Shown here piece after piece: positions 18,806 through 29,155 of a stretch of DNA of 64,000 nucleotides. Location: positions 3,392,001 through 3,456,000 of the forward strand of contig OY970303.1 of assembly GCA_963716255.1 (NCBI GenBank), given 5' to 3'. The notes under the pieces are model-generated. The model searched no databases and was not told the DNA's origin. It saw only the letters and a program-made list of their open reading frames with translations. Source of the DNA: an uncultured Gemmatimonadales bacterium. GTDB taxonomy: Bacteria; Gemmatimonadota; Gemmatimonadetes; Longimicrobiales; Longimicrobiaceae. Numbering within the stretch: position 1 is the stretch's first letter; the number at the start of each line of letters is the position of its first letter. Position numbers and translations under genes: made by a program.

Positions 18806-21309
18806 TCTTCCGCTGCTGCGACGACCGCCGCCGCGACGCCGTCCTGGAGCTGGACGGCGCGCTGATCAACGGCATCGACTTCCTGGAGGTGTACGACGAC
18901 CCCGCCGACGCCGTGATGCGCCAGCGCCGGCTCTTCGTCCACTTCCTCCACCCCGTGCAGAGCGCCACCGCCGACCTTCCCGGCGAGCTGCTGACGCCCG
19001 GCAACGTGCGCGTGGTGGGCGGCGACCGGGTGGTGGACCCGCGGGTGACGGGGGTGCAGGCCGCCGGCCGGGTGCTCACCGTCACCCTGGCGGAGCCCGG
19101 CGACTTCTCGCCCTACACGCTGCGGCTGGTGGCCTCCTCCACCGACCCGCGCGCGCCCACCGGGTTCGACCCGGTGCTGGCCTCGGTGGAGTTTTCCTTC
19201 AAGGCCGCCTGCCCCAGCGACTTCGACTGCGCGCCCGCGGACCCGTGCGACCCGCCGCAGCCGGGCCGCGGCCCGGCGCTGGACTACCTGGCCAGGGACT
19301 ACGCCAGCTTCCGGCAGCTGATGCTGGACCGGCTGGCGGTGCTGGTGCCCGGGTGGACGGAGCGCAACGCCGCCGACCTGGGCGTGGCGCTGGTGGAAAC
19401 GCTCGCCTACGTGGGCGACTACCTGAGCTACCGGCAGGACGCCATCGCCACCGAAGCGTACCTGGAGACCGCGCGGCTGCGGACCTCGGTGCGGCGGCAC
19501 GCGCGCCTGGTGGACTACCGCATGCACGACGGCTGCAACGCCCGCGCCTGGGTGCACCTGGAGGTCACGGCCGGCGCCCCCGTGGTGCTCCCCCGGGGGA
19601 CGGCGCTGCTCACCCGCACCCCCGGGGCCGGCCCCCGCGTCGCCGGCTCGTTCCCGGGCCCCGACCCCGCCACCGGCGCGCTCCCCGAGGTGTTCGAGAC
19701 CATGCACGAGGCGCGGCTGCGCCCCCGGCACAACCGGCTGCGCTTCTACACCTGGGGCGCGCGCGAATGCCGCCTCCCCAAGGGCGCCACCCGCGCCACG
19801 CTGCGCGGCAAGCTGGACGAGCTCCAGCCCGGCGACGCGCTGGCGCTGTGCGAGGTGGTGGGCCCCCGCACCGGCGAGCCCGAGGACGCCGATCCCGCGC
19901 ACCGCCAGGTGGTGGTGCTCACCGCCGTGCGCGCCGCCGTGGACCCCATCGGCGGCAACCTGGACGGCGCCGCCGGGACCGGGCCGCAGCCGCTGGAGGT
20001 GACCGAGGTGGAGTGGGCGTCCGAGGACGCGCTCCGCTTCTCGCTGTGCGTTTCCGGCGTGGCGGACGCGGAGCACGGCCGCGCCGCGCTGGACGACGTG
20101 AGCGTCGCGCTGGGCAACCTGGTGCTCGCCGACCACGGCCACACCCGCCAGGTGGAACTGTTCGCGCGGGTGCCGGACGCCCGCCGGGTGGCGGCGGCCG
20201 CGGCCGGCCCCTGCGCCCCGCACGCCACGCGCGAACTGCCGGCGCGCTTCCGCCCGCGGCTGGAGGAGGGGCCGGTGACCTTCGCGGCCCCCGCCGACCG
20301 CTCCAGCGCCCACCGCGCCGTCAACGCCGACCCGGGCGACGCCCTCCCCGCCGTGACGCTCGCCTCGTCCGACGGGCTGGAGTGGCGCCCGCTGCGCGAC
20401 CTGCTCGCCGCCGGGCCGGACTTTCCCGGCTTCGTGGTGGAGACGGAAAGCGACGGGACGGGGCACTTCCGCTTCGGCGACGGGCGCTTCGGGCTGCGCC
20501 CCGAGTCGGGGCTGGTGTTCGCCGCCCGGTACCGGGTGGGGAGCGGGGCGCGCGGCAACCTGGGCGCCGGCACCCTGGCCCACCTGTACACCCCCACCGG
20601 GACGGTCCCGGACCGCATCTCCCGGGTGTGGAACCCGGTCCCCGCGCGCGGCGGCGCCGACCCCGAGCCGCTGGAGCAGGTGAGGCAGCGCGCCCCCGTG
20701 GCCTTCCGCAGCCAGGCGCGCGCCGTCACCCCCGAGGACTACGCCCGCTTCACCGAGCGCTTCCCCGGAGTGCAGCGGGCCGCCGCGTCGCTGCGCTGGA
20801 CGGGGAGCTGGCGCACCGTGTTCATCACCGTGGACCGCGCCGGCGGGCTCCCCGTGGACGCGGCCTTCGAGGCGGCGCTCCGCGCCCACCTGGATCCCTT
20901 CCGCATGGCGGGGCACGACCTGGAGATCGACGCGCCGCGCTTCGCCCCGCTGGAGCTGGAGCTGGCCGTGTGCGTGGGGCGCGACCACTTCGCCGCCGAC
21001 GTGCGCGCCGCCCTCTTCCGCGAGATGGGCAGGGGCACGCTCCCCGGTGGGCGGCGCGCCTTCTTCCACCCCGACCACTTCACCTTCGGCCAGCCCGTGT
21101 ACCTGAGCCGCATCTACGCCGCCGCCCAGGCCGTCCCCGGCGTGGAGCGCGTGGAGGTGACCGTGTTCCGCCGCCAGGGCCGCATCGGCAACGAGGCCAT
21201 CGCCAGCGGGCGGCTGGACGTGGGCCGCCTGGAGATCGCCCGGCTGGACAACGACCCCAACCACCCCGAGCGGGGCGTGCTCCGCGTCGTCGCCGCGGGA
21301 GGCAAATGA
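18802..21309 (+). CDS. Baseplate J-like assembly protein (Afp11-like), copy 1
   Basis: DYLARDYASFRQLML, EAYLETARLRTSVRRHARLVDY, FGDGRFG.RP and RAVTPEDY. GTGA overlap. Confidence 0.9.
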   Translation: MIFRCCDDRRRDAVLELDGALINGIDFLEVYDDPADAVMRQRRLFVHFLHPVQSATADLPGELLTPGNVRVVGGDRVVDPRVTGVQAAGRVLTVTLAEPGDFSPYTLRLVASSTDPRAPTGFDPVLASVEFSFKAACPSDFDCAPADPCDPPQPGRGPALDYLARDYASFRQLMLDRLAVLVPGWTERNAADLGVALVETLAYVGDYLSYRQDAIATEAYLETARLRTSVRRHARLVDYRMHDGCNARAWVHLEVTAGAPVVLPRGTALLTRTPGAGPRVAGSFPGPDPATGALPEVFETMHEARLRPRHNRLRFYTWGARECRLPKGATRATLRGKLDELQPGDALALCEVVGPRTGEPEDADPAHRQVVVLTAVRAAVDPIGGNLDGAAGTGPQPLEVTEVEWASEDALRFSLCVSGVADAEHGRAALDDVSVALGNLVLADHGHTRQVELFARVPDARRVAAAAAGPCAPHATRELPARFRPRLEEGPVTFAAPADRSSAHRAVNADPGDALPAVTLASSDGLEWRPLRDLLAAGPDFPGFVVETESDGTGHFRFGDGRFGLRPESGLVFAARYRVGSGARGNLGAGTLAHLYTPTGTVPDRISRVWNPVPARGGADPEPLEQVRQRAPVAFRSQARAVTPEDYARFTERFPGVQRAAASLRWTGSWRTVFITVDRAGGLPVDAAFEAALRAHLDPFRMAGHDLEIDAPRFAPLELELAVCVGRDHFAADVRAALFREMGRGTLPGGRRAFFHPDHFTFGQPVYLSRIYAAAQAVPGVERVEVTVFRRQGRIGNEAIASGRLDVGRLEIARLDNDPNHPERGVLRVVAAGGK

Positions 21310-24050
21310 GCACCCAGGACCTGGACCGCGCCGGGGAGTGCGCCGACTGCGCCGCGTGCGCCGGCGCCCCGGCCCTCACCCCCACCCCGGTGGACAACCG
21401 CCCGGGGCTCCCCGCGGTGTCGCGCCGCGTGGGGACGCACGCCGCCTTCCGGGACGCCATGCTGGCGCGGCTCTCCGCCCGCGACCTGCCGGCGCTGCAC
21501 GGGCTCAACACCCGCGACCCGGACGACTTTTCCGTGGCGCTGCTGGACGCGTGGGCCTCGGTCGCCGACGTGCTCACCTTCTACGGCGAGCGCATCGCCA
21601 ACGAGGCGTACCTGCGCACCGCCACCGAGCGCCTGTCGGTGGTGAACCTGGCCCGGCTGGTGGGCTACGAGCCGCGCCCCGGCGTGGCCGCCAGCGCCGA
21701 GCTGGCCTTCGAGCTGGAAGAGGCGAAGGGCGCCCCGCGGCGCGTCCGGGTCCCGGTGGGGACCCGGGTGCAGAGCGTCCCCGTCCCCGGCGAGCTGCCG
21801 CAGACCTTCGAGACGACCTCCGAGCTGGAGGCCCGCGCCGCCTGGAGCGCGCTGGTGCCGCGGCGGCTGCGCCCGCAGGCGCTGACCACCGGCGCCGCCT
21901 CGGTGGTGGTGCGCGGCGCGGCCACGCGCCTGCAGAAGGGCGACCGGGTGCTGCTCCGGGCGGGCGGCTCCGACAAGCTGCGCGTGGTGCGCGCCGTGGA
22001 AACGGACAACCTGGCGGTCACCACACGGGTGGTGCTCACCGGGGGCACGGACCCGCAGGAGTCCCCGGACGTGGACCTGGCCACCAGCCCGCCGCGCGCC
22101 GCGTTCAACGGCACGCCCGAGCTCACCCGCGCGGCCGTGGAGGCGCAGGTCAGGGGCGCCTCCTGGAGCCAGCCGACCCTCAGCGCGGCGGCCACGGTGC
22201 TGGGGTGGCAGGCGGACGCCCTGGAGGCCACCCTCGCCGAGCTCGCCGCCCGCCCCGCGCCGCCGGCCGGCGTGCAGGTGATCGCCTTCCGCCAGCGGGC
22301 CGCGGTGTTCGGGCACAACGCGCCGGTGGTGGAGCCGGCCCCCGCCTTCGTCCGCTACGGCCTGAAGCTGGCCCGCTGGGACCTGCTGGACGTGGACAAC
22401 AGCAAGGCCGTGGACGTGTTCCCCACCCTTCTCAGCAACTGGCAGGTCCGCAAGGTGCTGCCGTCCGCGCAGAGCCCCTTCGTCTACCTGGACTCGGTGT
22501 ATCCCGGCGCCGTGCCGGGGACGCTGGTGGCGCTGGCGCGCCCCGGGACCGGCGGGCTGCGCGTGGCCACGGTGCTGGACGCGGTGGAGGTGACGCGCAC
22601 CGAGGGCGGGATCACCGCCAAGGTGACGCGGCTGGAGCTGACGGAGCCCGTCCCCAACGACTTCACCCTGGCCGAGACCTCGGTGTACCTGGAGGGCGAG
22701 GAGCTGGCCGTGGCCGACGTCCCCGTGACGCGCTCCGTGGGCGGCGCCGGGATCGACGCGCAGGGGCTCCCGCTGGGCACCCGCGTCAAGCTGGACGGCG
22801 CGCACCTGGGGCTGGGCCCCGGCCGCCGGGTGGTGCTCACCGGCGAGCGCGCCGACCTCCCCGGCGTCACCGAGAGCGAGGTGCTCACCGTGGCCGACGC
22901 GTGGCTGGACGACGGGCGCACCGTGCTGCTCTTCGAGAGCGGCCCGCTGCGCGCCTACCGGCGCGACACGGTGAGGATCAACGCAAACGTTGCCCCCGCC
23001 ACCCACGGCGAGACGCGCGAGGAGGTGCTGGGCGGCGGCGACGCCACCCGCGCCTTCCAGCGCTTCACCCTGCGGCAGGCGCCGCTCACCTACGTGTCCG
23101 GCACCGGCCCCACCGGCGCCGACAGCACGCTCCAGCTGTGGGTCAACGGGGTGCGCTGGAAGGAGGTCCCCGACTTCCAGGGGCGCGGCCCCCACGAGCG
23201 CATCTACGTCACCCGCACCGACGAGAGAGGCCGGACCGTGGTGACCTTCGGCGACGGCGTCACCGGCTCGCGGCTCCCCACCGGGCAGGAGAACGTGCGC
23301 GCCGTCTTCCGGCAGGGGATCGGCACGGGCGGGCTGGTGGCCGCGGGGCAGATCTCCCTGCCGCTCACCCGTCCGCCCGGGCTGCGCGCCGTCTTCAACC
23401 CGCTCCCCAGCTCCGGCGCCGACGACCCCGAGGCGATGGAGGCCGCGCGCCGCAACGCCCCGCTGGCCACGCTGGCGGTGGACCGCGTGGTGTCGCTCCA
23501 GGACTACGAGGACTTCGCCCGCGCCTTCGCCGGCATCGCCAAGGCGCTGGCCACCTGGAGCTGGACCGGGCGTCGCCGCGAGATCTTCCTGACCGTCTCC
23601 GCCCCCGGCGGCCGCCCCGTCCCCGACGCCAGCCGCCTGTCCACGTCGCTGCGCGAGGCCATCGCCCGCGCCGGCGACCCCTCCGTCCCGGTGCGCGTGG
23701 GCTCGTTCCGCCCCGTCCCCTTCCGCCTGGAGGCGCGCGTGGAGACCGAGGCGGAGCGCGCCCGCGCCGCGGTGCTCGCCGACGTGCGCGCCGCGCTCCT
23801 GGACACGTTCTCCTTCGACCGGCGCGCCTTCGGGCAGCCGGTGGCGCTCAGCGAGGTGATCGCCGCCATGCAGGCGGTCCCCGGCGTGGTGTGGGTGGAC
23901 GTGGACGTGCTCGCCCGCCCCGGCGGCCCCGCGCAGCCGGCCCCCGTGCTGAGCGCCGCCCTCCCCGAGACGGGAGGGGGCGGCGCCGTGCTCGCCGCCG
24001 AGCTGCTGGTGATCGACCCCGCATCGCTCCGCCTGGGAGGCACCCAATGA
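21306..24050 (+). CDS. Baseplate J-like assembly protein (Afp11-like), copy 2
   Basis: DVLTFYGERIANEAYLRTATER, FGDGVTGSRLPTG and RVVSLQDYEDFA. ATGA overlap. Confidence 0.9.
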   Translation: MSTQDLDRAGECADCAACAGAPALTPTPVDNRPGLPAVSRRVGTHAAFRDAMLARLSARDLPALHGLNTRDPDDFSVALLDAWASVADVLTFYGERIANEAYLRTATERLSVVNLARLVGYEPRPGVAASAELAFELEEAKGAPRRVRVPVGTRVQSVPVPGELPQTFETTSELEARAAWSALVPRRLRPQALTTGAASVVVRGAATRLQKGDRVLLRAGGSDKLRVVRAVETDNLAVTTRVVLTGGTDPQESPDVDLATSPPRAAFNGTPELTRAAVEAQVRGASWSQPTLSAAATVLGWQADALEATLAELAARPAPPAGVQVIAFRQRAAVFGHNAPVVEPAPAFVRYGLKLARWDLLDVDNSKAVDVFPTLLSNWQVRKVLPSAQSPFVYLDSVYPGAVPGTLVALARPGTGGLRVATVLDAVEVTRTEGGITAKVTRLELTEPVPNDFTLAETSVYLEGEELAVADVPVTRSVGGAGIDAQGLPLGTRVKLDGAHLGLGPGRRVVLTGERADLPGVTESEVLTVADAWLDDGRTVLLFESGPLRAYRRDTVRINANVAPATHGETREEVLGGGDATRAFQRFTLRQAPLTYVSGTGPTGADSTLQLWVNGVRWKEVPDFQGRGPHERIYVTRTDERGRTVVTFGDGVTGSRLPTGQENVRAVFRQGIGTGGLVAAGQISLPLTRPPGLRAVFNPLPSSGADDPEAMEAARRNAPLATLAVDRVVSLQDYEDFARAFAGIAKALATWSWTGRRREIFLTVSAPGGRPVPDASRLSTSLREAIARAGDPSVPVRVGSFRPVPFRLEARVETEAERARAAVLADVRAALLDTFSFDRRAFGQPVALSEVIAAMQAVPGVVWVDVDVLARPGGPAQPAPVLSAALPETGGGGAVLAAELLVIDPASLRLGGTQ

Positions 24051-26068
24051 CGCTCACCGCCGAGCGGCTCTTCGCCCTCCTCCCCCCCGTCTACCGGCTC
24101 CGCGACGACGCCCAGGGGGGACCGCTTCGCGCCCTGTTCACGGTGATCGCCGAGCAGGCCGCGGTGCTGGAGGACGACCTGGAGCAGCTGTACGACGACC
24201 ACTTCATCGAGACCTGCGCCGCCTGGGCCGTCCCCTACCTGGGCGAGCTGGTGGGCGCGCGGCTCCTCCAGTCGCCCGAGCCCGGCACCGGCGGGCAGCG
24301 CGCCGAGGTGGCCGACACGCTGGCGCTGCGCCGCCGCAAGGGCACCGCCGCCGTGCTGGAGCAGCTCGCGCGCGACGTCACCGGCTGGGACTCCGCCGCG
24401 GTGGAGTACTTCGACCGGGTGGCCGCCACCCAGTCGCTGCGCCACCTGCGCCCGCACGCCCGCACCACCGACCTGCGCGGGTGGGAGGCGCTGGAGCGCA
24501 TCGGCACCCCCTTCGACGAGGTCGCCCACACGGTGGAGGTGCGCCGCCCCGCGCGCGGGGGACGCTACAACCTTCCCAACGTGGGGATCTTCCTGTTCCG
24601 GCAGCGCGCCTTTCCGCTCACCCGCGCCACCCCCGCCGGGCTGGGCGACGGGCGGCGGTTCCGCTTTGCCCCGCTGGGCCGCGACGCCCAGCTGTGGGCG
24701 CTCCCCGAGCCGGAAACCGGGATCGCCCACCTGGCCGGCCCCCGCAACGTCCCCCTCCCGGTGGGGCGGCGCGGGCTGGACCACCACCTGGCCGACTTCT
24801 ACGCCAGCGGCGGGATCCAGGTGTTCGAGAACGGCGCGCTCGTTCCCATCGCGCGCATCCGCGCCTGCAACCTGTCCGGGTGGAGCACCCTGGTCGATCC
24901 CTGGCCCCAGCAGGGGGGCGGCCCGGTGGTGGGGGTGGACCCCGTCCTGGGCCGCCTGGCCTTCGGGCCGCTGGGCGCGGGCGAGGCCCGGCGGGTGGAG
25001 GTGAGCTTCAGGCAGGGCTTCGGCGGCGAGGTGGGCGGCGGCGAGTACGACCGCTCCGCCACCTTCGGCCCGCCGGCCGAGGTGCTGGCGAGCGTGTCCC
25101 GCGGCGAGGACCTGGGCGCCGAGCTGGTGGCGGCCGGGGCCGGGGGGATCGTGGAGATCGCCGACAGCGCCACCTACCCGGTACCGGCGACCACGGTGGA
25201 GGTCGCCGCCGGCGCCGCGGTGGAGGTGCGCGCGCTGGACCGCCACCGCCCGCTGCTGGTGCTGGGCGGCGACCTGGTGCTGGACGGCGACGCGTCCGAC
25301 GCCGGCACCCCCACCGAGGTGACGCTGAACGGGCTGGTGATCTCCGGCGGGGCGCTGCGCATCCGGGGCGGCGTGCGGGTGGTGCGGCTGCTCCACTGCA
25401 CGCTGGTGCCGGGGAAGGCGCTGGACGGCGCCGGCGCCGCCCAGGAGCCCGGCTTCGTGTCGCTGGTGGTGGAGAGCGCCGACGCGCGGGTGGAGGTGGA
25501 CCGCTGCATCCTGGGCGCGGTGCGCGCCGTGGACGGCGCCGAGGTGAGCGTGCGCGACAGCGTGCTGGACGCCGGCGCGCGCGACGCCGTGGCCTACGCC
25601 GCCCCGGACGGCGTCGCCGCCGGCGGCGCCCTCTCCGTGGAGGACAGCACCGTGGTGGGCCGGGTGAGGACGGCGGCGCTGCGCGGCGCGTCCAACTCCA
25701 TCTTCCTGGCCCGCGCGGGCGCCGGCTGGACCGCGCCGGTGGAATCGTCGCGGGTGCAGGAGGGGTGCGTGCGCTTCTCCTTCGTCCCCGCCGCCGCCAG
25801 GGTGCCCCGGCGCCACCGCTGCGTCCCCGCGACCGCCGCCGACGAGGCGCGGCTCACCCCCCTGTTCGCCTCGCTGCGCTACGGGGACCCCGACTACGCG
25901 CTGCTCTCGCCCCGCTGCCCGCCCGAGGTGCGCACCGGCGCCGACGACGGGAGCGAGATGGGCGTGTTCCACCACCAGAACCAGCCCCGCCGCGAGGCCA
26001 ACCTGCGCCTGCGCCTGGACGAGTACCTCCGCTTCGGGCTGGAGGCGGGGATCTTCGTCCGGACCTGA
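24047..26068 (+). CDS. Baseplate wedge/tail protein I-like protein with C-terminal beta-rich domain
   Basis: LFALLPPVYRLRD, LYDDHFIETCAAWAVPYLGELVG, RRRKGT..VLEQLARDVTGW and GSEMGVFH. Confidence 0.82.
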   Translation: MTLTAERLFALLPPVYRLRDDAQGGPLRALFTVIAEQAAVLEDDLEQLYDDHFIETCAAWAVPYLGELVGARLLQSPEPGTGGQRAEVADTLALRRRKGTAAVLEQLARDVTGWDSAAVEYFDRVAATQSLRHLRPHARTTDLRGWEALERIGTPFDEVAHTVEVRRPARGGRYNLPNVGIFLFRQRAFPLTRATPAGLGDGRRFRFAPLGRDAQLWALPEPETGIAHLAGPRNVPLPVGRRGLDHHLADFYASGGIQVFENGALVPIARIRACNLSGWSTLVDPWPQQGGGPVVGVDPVLGRLAFGPLGAGEARRVEVSFRQGFGGEVGGGEYDRSATFGPPAEVLASVSRGEDLGAELVAAGAGGIVEIADSATYPVPATTVEVAAGAAVEVRALDRHRPLLVLGGDLVLDGDASDAGTPTEVTLNGLVISGGALRIRGGVRVVRLLHCTLVPGKALDGAGAAQEPGFVSLVVESADARVEVDRCILGAVRAVDGAEVSVRDSVLDAGARDAVAYAAPDGVAAGGALSVEDSTVVGRVRTAALRGASNSIFLARAGAGWTAPVESSRVQEGCVRFSFVPAAARVPRRHRCVPATAADEARLTPLFASLRYGDPDYALLSPRCPPEVRTGADDGSEMGVFHHQNQPRREANLRLRLDEYLRFGLEAGIFVRT

Positions 26069-26094
26069 ACCACGAACCTTCCGCGGAGCCACAC

Positions 26095-28902
26095 ATGAAC
26101 GGCGACATCAGCCGCCAGACGTTCAACCCGGCGAAGGGCTACACCGCCGTGGTGATGCAGCAGGGGCGCGTGCAGCTCGACGCCGACTGGAACGAGCAGC
26201 AGGCCATCCACGCCCACCGCCTGGAAAGCGCCCTGGGCGACCTAGTGGGCGCCACCGGCGCCCTCAAGGACCTGGCCGGCCGCGACGGCTTCCAGGTGTT
26301 CTCCCCCGGGGCGGGCGCGCTCTCGGTGAAGCGGGGCGTCTTCTACGTGGACGGCATCCGCAGCGAGATCGCCGCCGACACGGCGCTGGCCGCGCAGCCC
26401 TGGCCCTCCGGGCAGGCGTGGCCTCCCCCGGCGGGGACGTACGTGGTGTACCTGGACGTGTGGCAGCGCTACGTGAGCGCACTGGAAGACCCCGCCATCC
26501 GCGAGAGCGCGCTGGGCGGCCCGGACACCGCCGCGCGCCTGCAGACGCTCTGGCAGGTCAGGCACTTCGCGGTGGGCGCGGGCTCTACCTGCGCGTCCGC
26601 GCTCGCCCCGTTCAACGACTTCGTCCGCCGCGGCACCGTGCAGGCCAACCGCCCGGGCCGGCTGGCCGCGAAGGCCGCGGCCGCGCCGGGGACCAACACC
26701 CCGTGCGTGCTCCCCCCGGAGGCCGGCTACCGCGGGCTGGAGAACCAGCTGTACCGGGTGGAGGTGCACAAGGGCGGCCCGCTGGGCACCGCGCGCTTCA
26801 AGTGGTCGCGCGAGAACGCCTCCGTCGCCACCGCGGTGGTCTCGGTGGACCCAAACAACGGCCTGCTCCTGCGCGTGGACGGGCTGGGGCGCGACGAGTC
26901 GCTGGGCTTCGCCAACAACGACTGGGTGGAGTTCGTGGACGACGACGTGGAGCTGTCCGGCTCCCCGCGCGTGCTCATGCAGATCGACCAGGTGCAGCCG
27001 CACGCCTCGTCCATCCTGTTCAAGGTGGGGACCCTGGTCCCGGCCATCGTCCAGGCCAAGCGTCCGCGGCTGCGGCGCTGGGACCACCAGGATCCCAGCA
27101 ACGAAGGAATCCTCACCAGCACCGGCTGGATCCTGCTGGAGAACGGGGTGCAGGTGAGGTTCGAGGCCGGCGCCTTCCGCCCCGGCGACTTCTGGCTGAT
27201 CCCGGCGCGCACCGCCACCACGGCGGGCGGCGGCACCGTGGAGTGGCCGGCCCCCGGCGACACCCCCGCCGCCCTCCTGGAGCCGCACGGCACCCTCCAC
27301 CACTTCGCTCCGCTGGCCGTGGTGGCCGTGCCGGGGAACGGCACCTTCACGCTCACGGACTGCCGGCGGCGCTTTCCCGCGCTCACCGAGATCACCGCCT
27401 CGGACGTGCGCTACGACAACACCCCGTGCGTCCTCCCCGGGCTCCCCGCCGCCACCACCGTGCAGGCTGCGCTGGGCGCCCTGTGCGCCCGCGACGAGGG
27501 GTACGGGATCGTGGTTTCGCCCGGGGCGGGGTGGCCCCAGTCGCTGCTGTCGCGCCTGGACCCGGTCAAGGCCACGGGCGCGTACGTGCGCTTCCGCCCC
27601 GGCGACTTCCCCACCGCGCAGACCGTGGTGCTCGCGGGGACGGGGCACCTCACCGTGGACGCCGGCGGGCTGGCGAGCCGCCTGGTGGCCTCCGGCTCCG
27701 AGTGCGTGCTGCGCTTCGAGGGATGGGCCAGCGTCACCGTGCGCAACCTGTACGCCGAGGGGCAGACGGTGGGCGCCGAGGACAACCTCCAGGGCGTGCT
27801 CAGCTTCATGGGGTGCAAGCAGGTCCTGGTGGAGGACTGCACGCTGCGCACGGCCGGGGGCCCGCGGCGCGGCGCAAGCTGCGTGTGGGTGTTCAACGTC
27901 CCCTCCATCCCCACCACCGCGGTGCGCGTGCGGGGGTGCCGGATGGAGGTGGGCAACACCCAGGTGGGGGTGCTGGTGGTGGACGCCGCCCGGGTCACGG
28001 TGGAGGACAACGAGATCCGCGGCCCCTCCACCCCTGCCGTGGCGCTCACGACGCAGCTCACCGACCGCTACTACCTGCGCTGGCTGGAGCGCGCGCTGGT
28101 GAACCGGCTGTACGCGTCGGGCGTCAACCCGCCGGCCGCGCCGGACCTGGTGACCATCGCCGTCGCCAACGTCACCCTGAGGTTCCACAGCATCCCCACC
28201 CTGGTGTCCGCCTGGCAGGCCATCGCCAACGACGCCGTGACGATCGGCCCCGCGCCGGACCTGTCCACCCACGACCGCCGGTACGGGTGGCTGCGCTCGG
28301 TGATCTCCGCCGTGATCGCCACCCCCGCGCGGCGCAGCAAGTACGCCGGGCTCGTCGGCTACATCAACTCCCTCAGCAGCCAGAACCTCCCGGCCGCGTC
28401 GCAGGGGGTGGTGGTCGGCGGCCTGGTCGCCCGCGAGGTGCGGGTGCTCAACAACTCCATGACGCGCGTGGGGCAGGGGGTGCACGTGGGGCTGGGCTCG
28501 CGCGAGCTCAACCTCACCAACCAGCGCGCGGGGGTGGTCACGGTGAGCGGCAACACCATCGAGGGGTGGGCCAGCCCCGCCTCGCCCTTCGAGCGGTTCG
28601 GCATCTACGTGAGCGGGTGCGAATCGGTGCGGGTGGAGCGCAACGACCTCCAGGTCTTCCGCCCCGGCACCGTCCCCGCCACCCGCGTGGAGGGGGTGCG
28701 GCTGCGCGGGGTCCTGGGCCGCGTGGCGCTGGTGCGAGACAACCAGCTCACCAGCTACACGGTGGGGGTGGCCGCGTTGCCGGCGGCGGGCCCACTCCCC
28801 CCGCAGCGCCGCTGGGCCATCACCGACAACGTGTGCTCCGGCGCGCAGAACACCGTGGTGGATCCCGGCGGCGTGTTCACCAAGACCGGCAACGTCCCCT
28901 GA
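26095..28902 (+). CDS. DUF6519-domain protein with right-handed beta-helix repeats (putative tail fibre/receptor-binding protein)
   Basis: MNGDISR, QQGRVQLDADWNE, GYRGLENQLYRVEVH, FKWSREN and GDFWLIPART. C-terminal V.V.DN.I / V.V.GN.I beta-helix rungs. Confidence 0.85.
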   Translation: MNGDISRQTFNPAKGYTAVVMQQGRVQLDADWNEQQAIHAHRLESALGDLVGATGALKDLAGRDGFQVFSPGAGALSVKRGVFYVDGIRSEIAADTALAAQPWPSGQAWPPPAGTYVVYLDVWQRYVSALEDPAIRESALGGPDTAARLQTLWQVRHFAVGAGSTCASALAPFNDFVRRGTVQANRPGRLAAKAAAAPGTNTPCVLPPEAGYRGLENQLYRVEVHKGGPLGTARFKWSRENASVATAVVSVDPNNGLLLRVDGLGRDESLGFANNDWVEFVDDDVELSGSPRVLMQIDQVQPHASSILFKVGTLVPAIVQAKRPRLRRWDHQDPSNEGILTSTGWILLENGVQVRFEAGAFRPGDFWLIPARTATTAGGGTVEWPAPGDTPAALLEPHGTLHHFAPLAVVAVPGNGTFTLTDCRRRFPALTEITASDVRYDNTPCVLPGLPAATTVQAALGALCARDEGYGIVVSPGAGWPQSLLSRLDPVKATGAYVRFRPGDFPTAQTVVLAGTGHLTVDAGGLASRLVASGSECVLRFEGWASVTVRNLYAEGQTVGAEDNLQGVLSFMGCKQVLVEDCTLRTAGGPRRGASCVWVFNVPSIPTTAVRVRGCRMEVGNTQVGVLVVDAARVTVEDNEIRGPSTPAVALTTQLTDRYYLRWLERALVNRLYASGVNPPAAPDLVTIAVANVTLRFHSIPTLVSAWQAIANDAVTIGPAPDLSTHDRRYGWLRSVISAVIATPARRSKYAGLVGYINSLSSQNLPAASQGVVVGGLVAREVRVLNNSMTRVGQGVHVGLGSRELNLTNQRAGVVTVSGNTIEGWASPASPFERFGIYVSGCESVRVERNDLQVFRPGTVPATRVEGVRLRGVLGRVALVRDNQLTSYTVGVAALPAAGPLPPQRRWAITDNVCSGAQNTVVDPGGVFTKTGNVP

Positions 28903-28926
28903 CGCGCGCGGGGCTGAAAAAAAGGA

Positions 28927-28955
28927 TTGACGAGGCTCGCCGGAGGGATTATCCT
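28927..28955 (+). promoter_or_regulatory. Sigma70-type promoter
   Basis: TTGACG (28927-32), exactly 17 bp, then TATCCT (28950-55). An A-tract precedes it (UP-element-like). Confidence 0.7.
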
Positions 28956-28962
28956 GTATGCA

Positions 28963-29154
28963 GCATGACGGAAGTCCATAGTGGACGCGAACGGGGAAAC
29001 GGTTTGTAACGCAGCGTGCGAGAAGATGCAGTTCCAGCGTGAGTACGAGTCCTCAGAAGGTTGATGCGTCTCGGTTCACCAATAGCGAACGATCCAACGT
29101 ACCTGATAATCGAACAGTAACGAAGGGAGCAGGGCTCGAAGCCCTCTGTCATGT
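28963..29154 (+). ncRNA. Candidate structured non-coding RNA (~190 nt), family not recognised
   Basis: Starts about 8 nt after the -10 box. 5' GCATGACGGA pairs with 3' TCTGTCATGT (10 bp, 2 G-U). Several internal hairpins. A perfect hairpin follows immediately, and there is no credible ORF. Confidence 0.55.
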
Positions 29155-29155
29155 A

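Noticed and set aside
29085..29102. GCGAACGATCCAACGTAC reminiscent of a raiA-motif RNA segment; CTGAT and GAAAC reminiscent of a hammerhead core
   Set aside because: The matches are short and the other conserved elements are missing or out of order. No family can be assigned without a covariance search.
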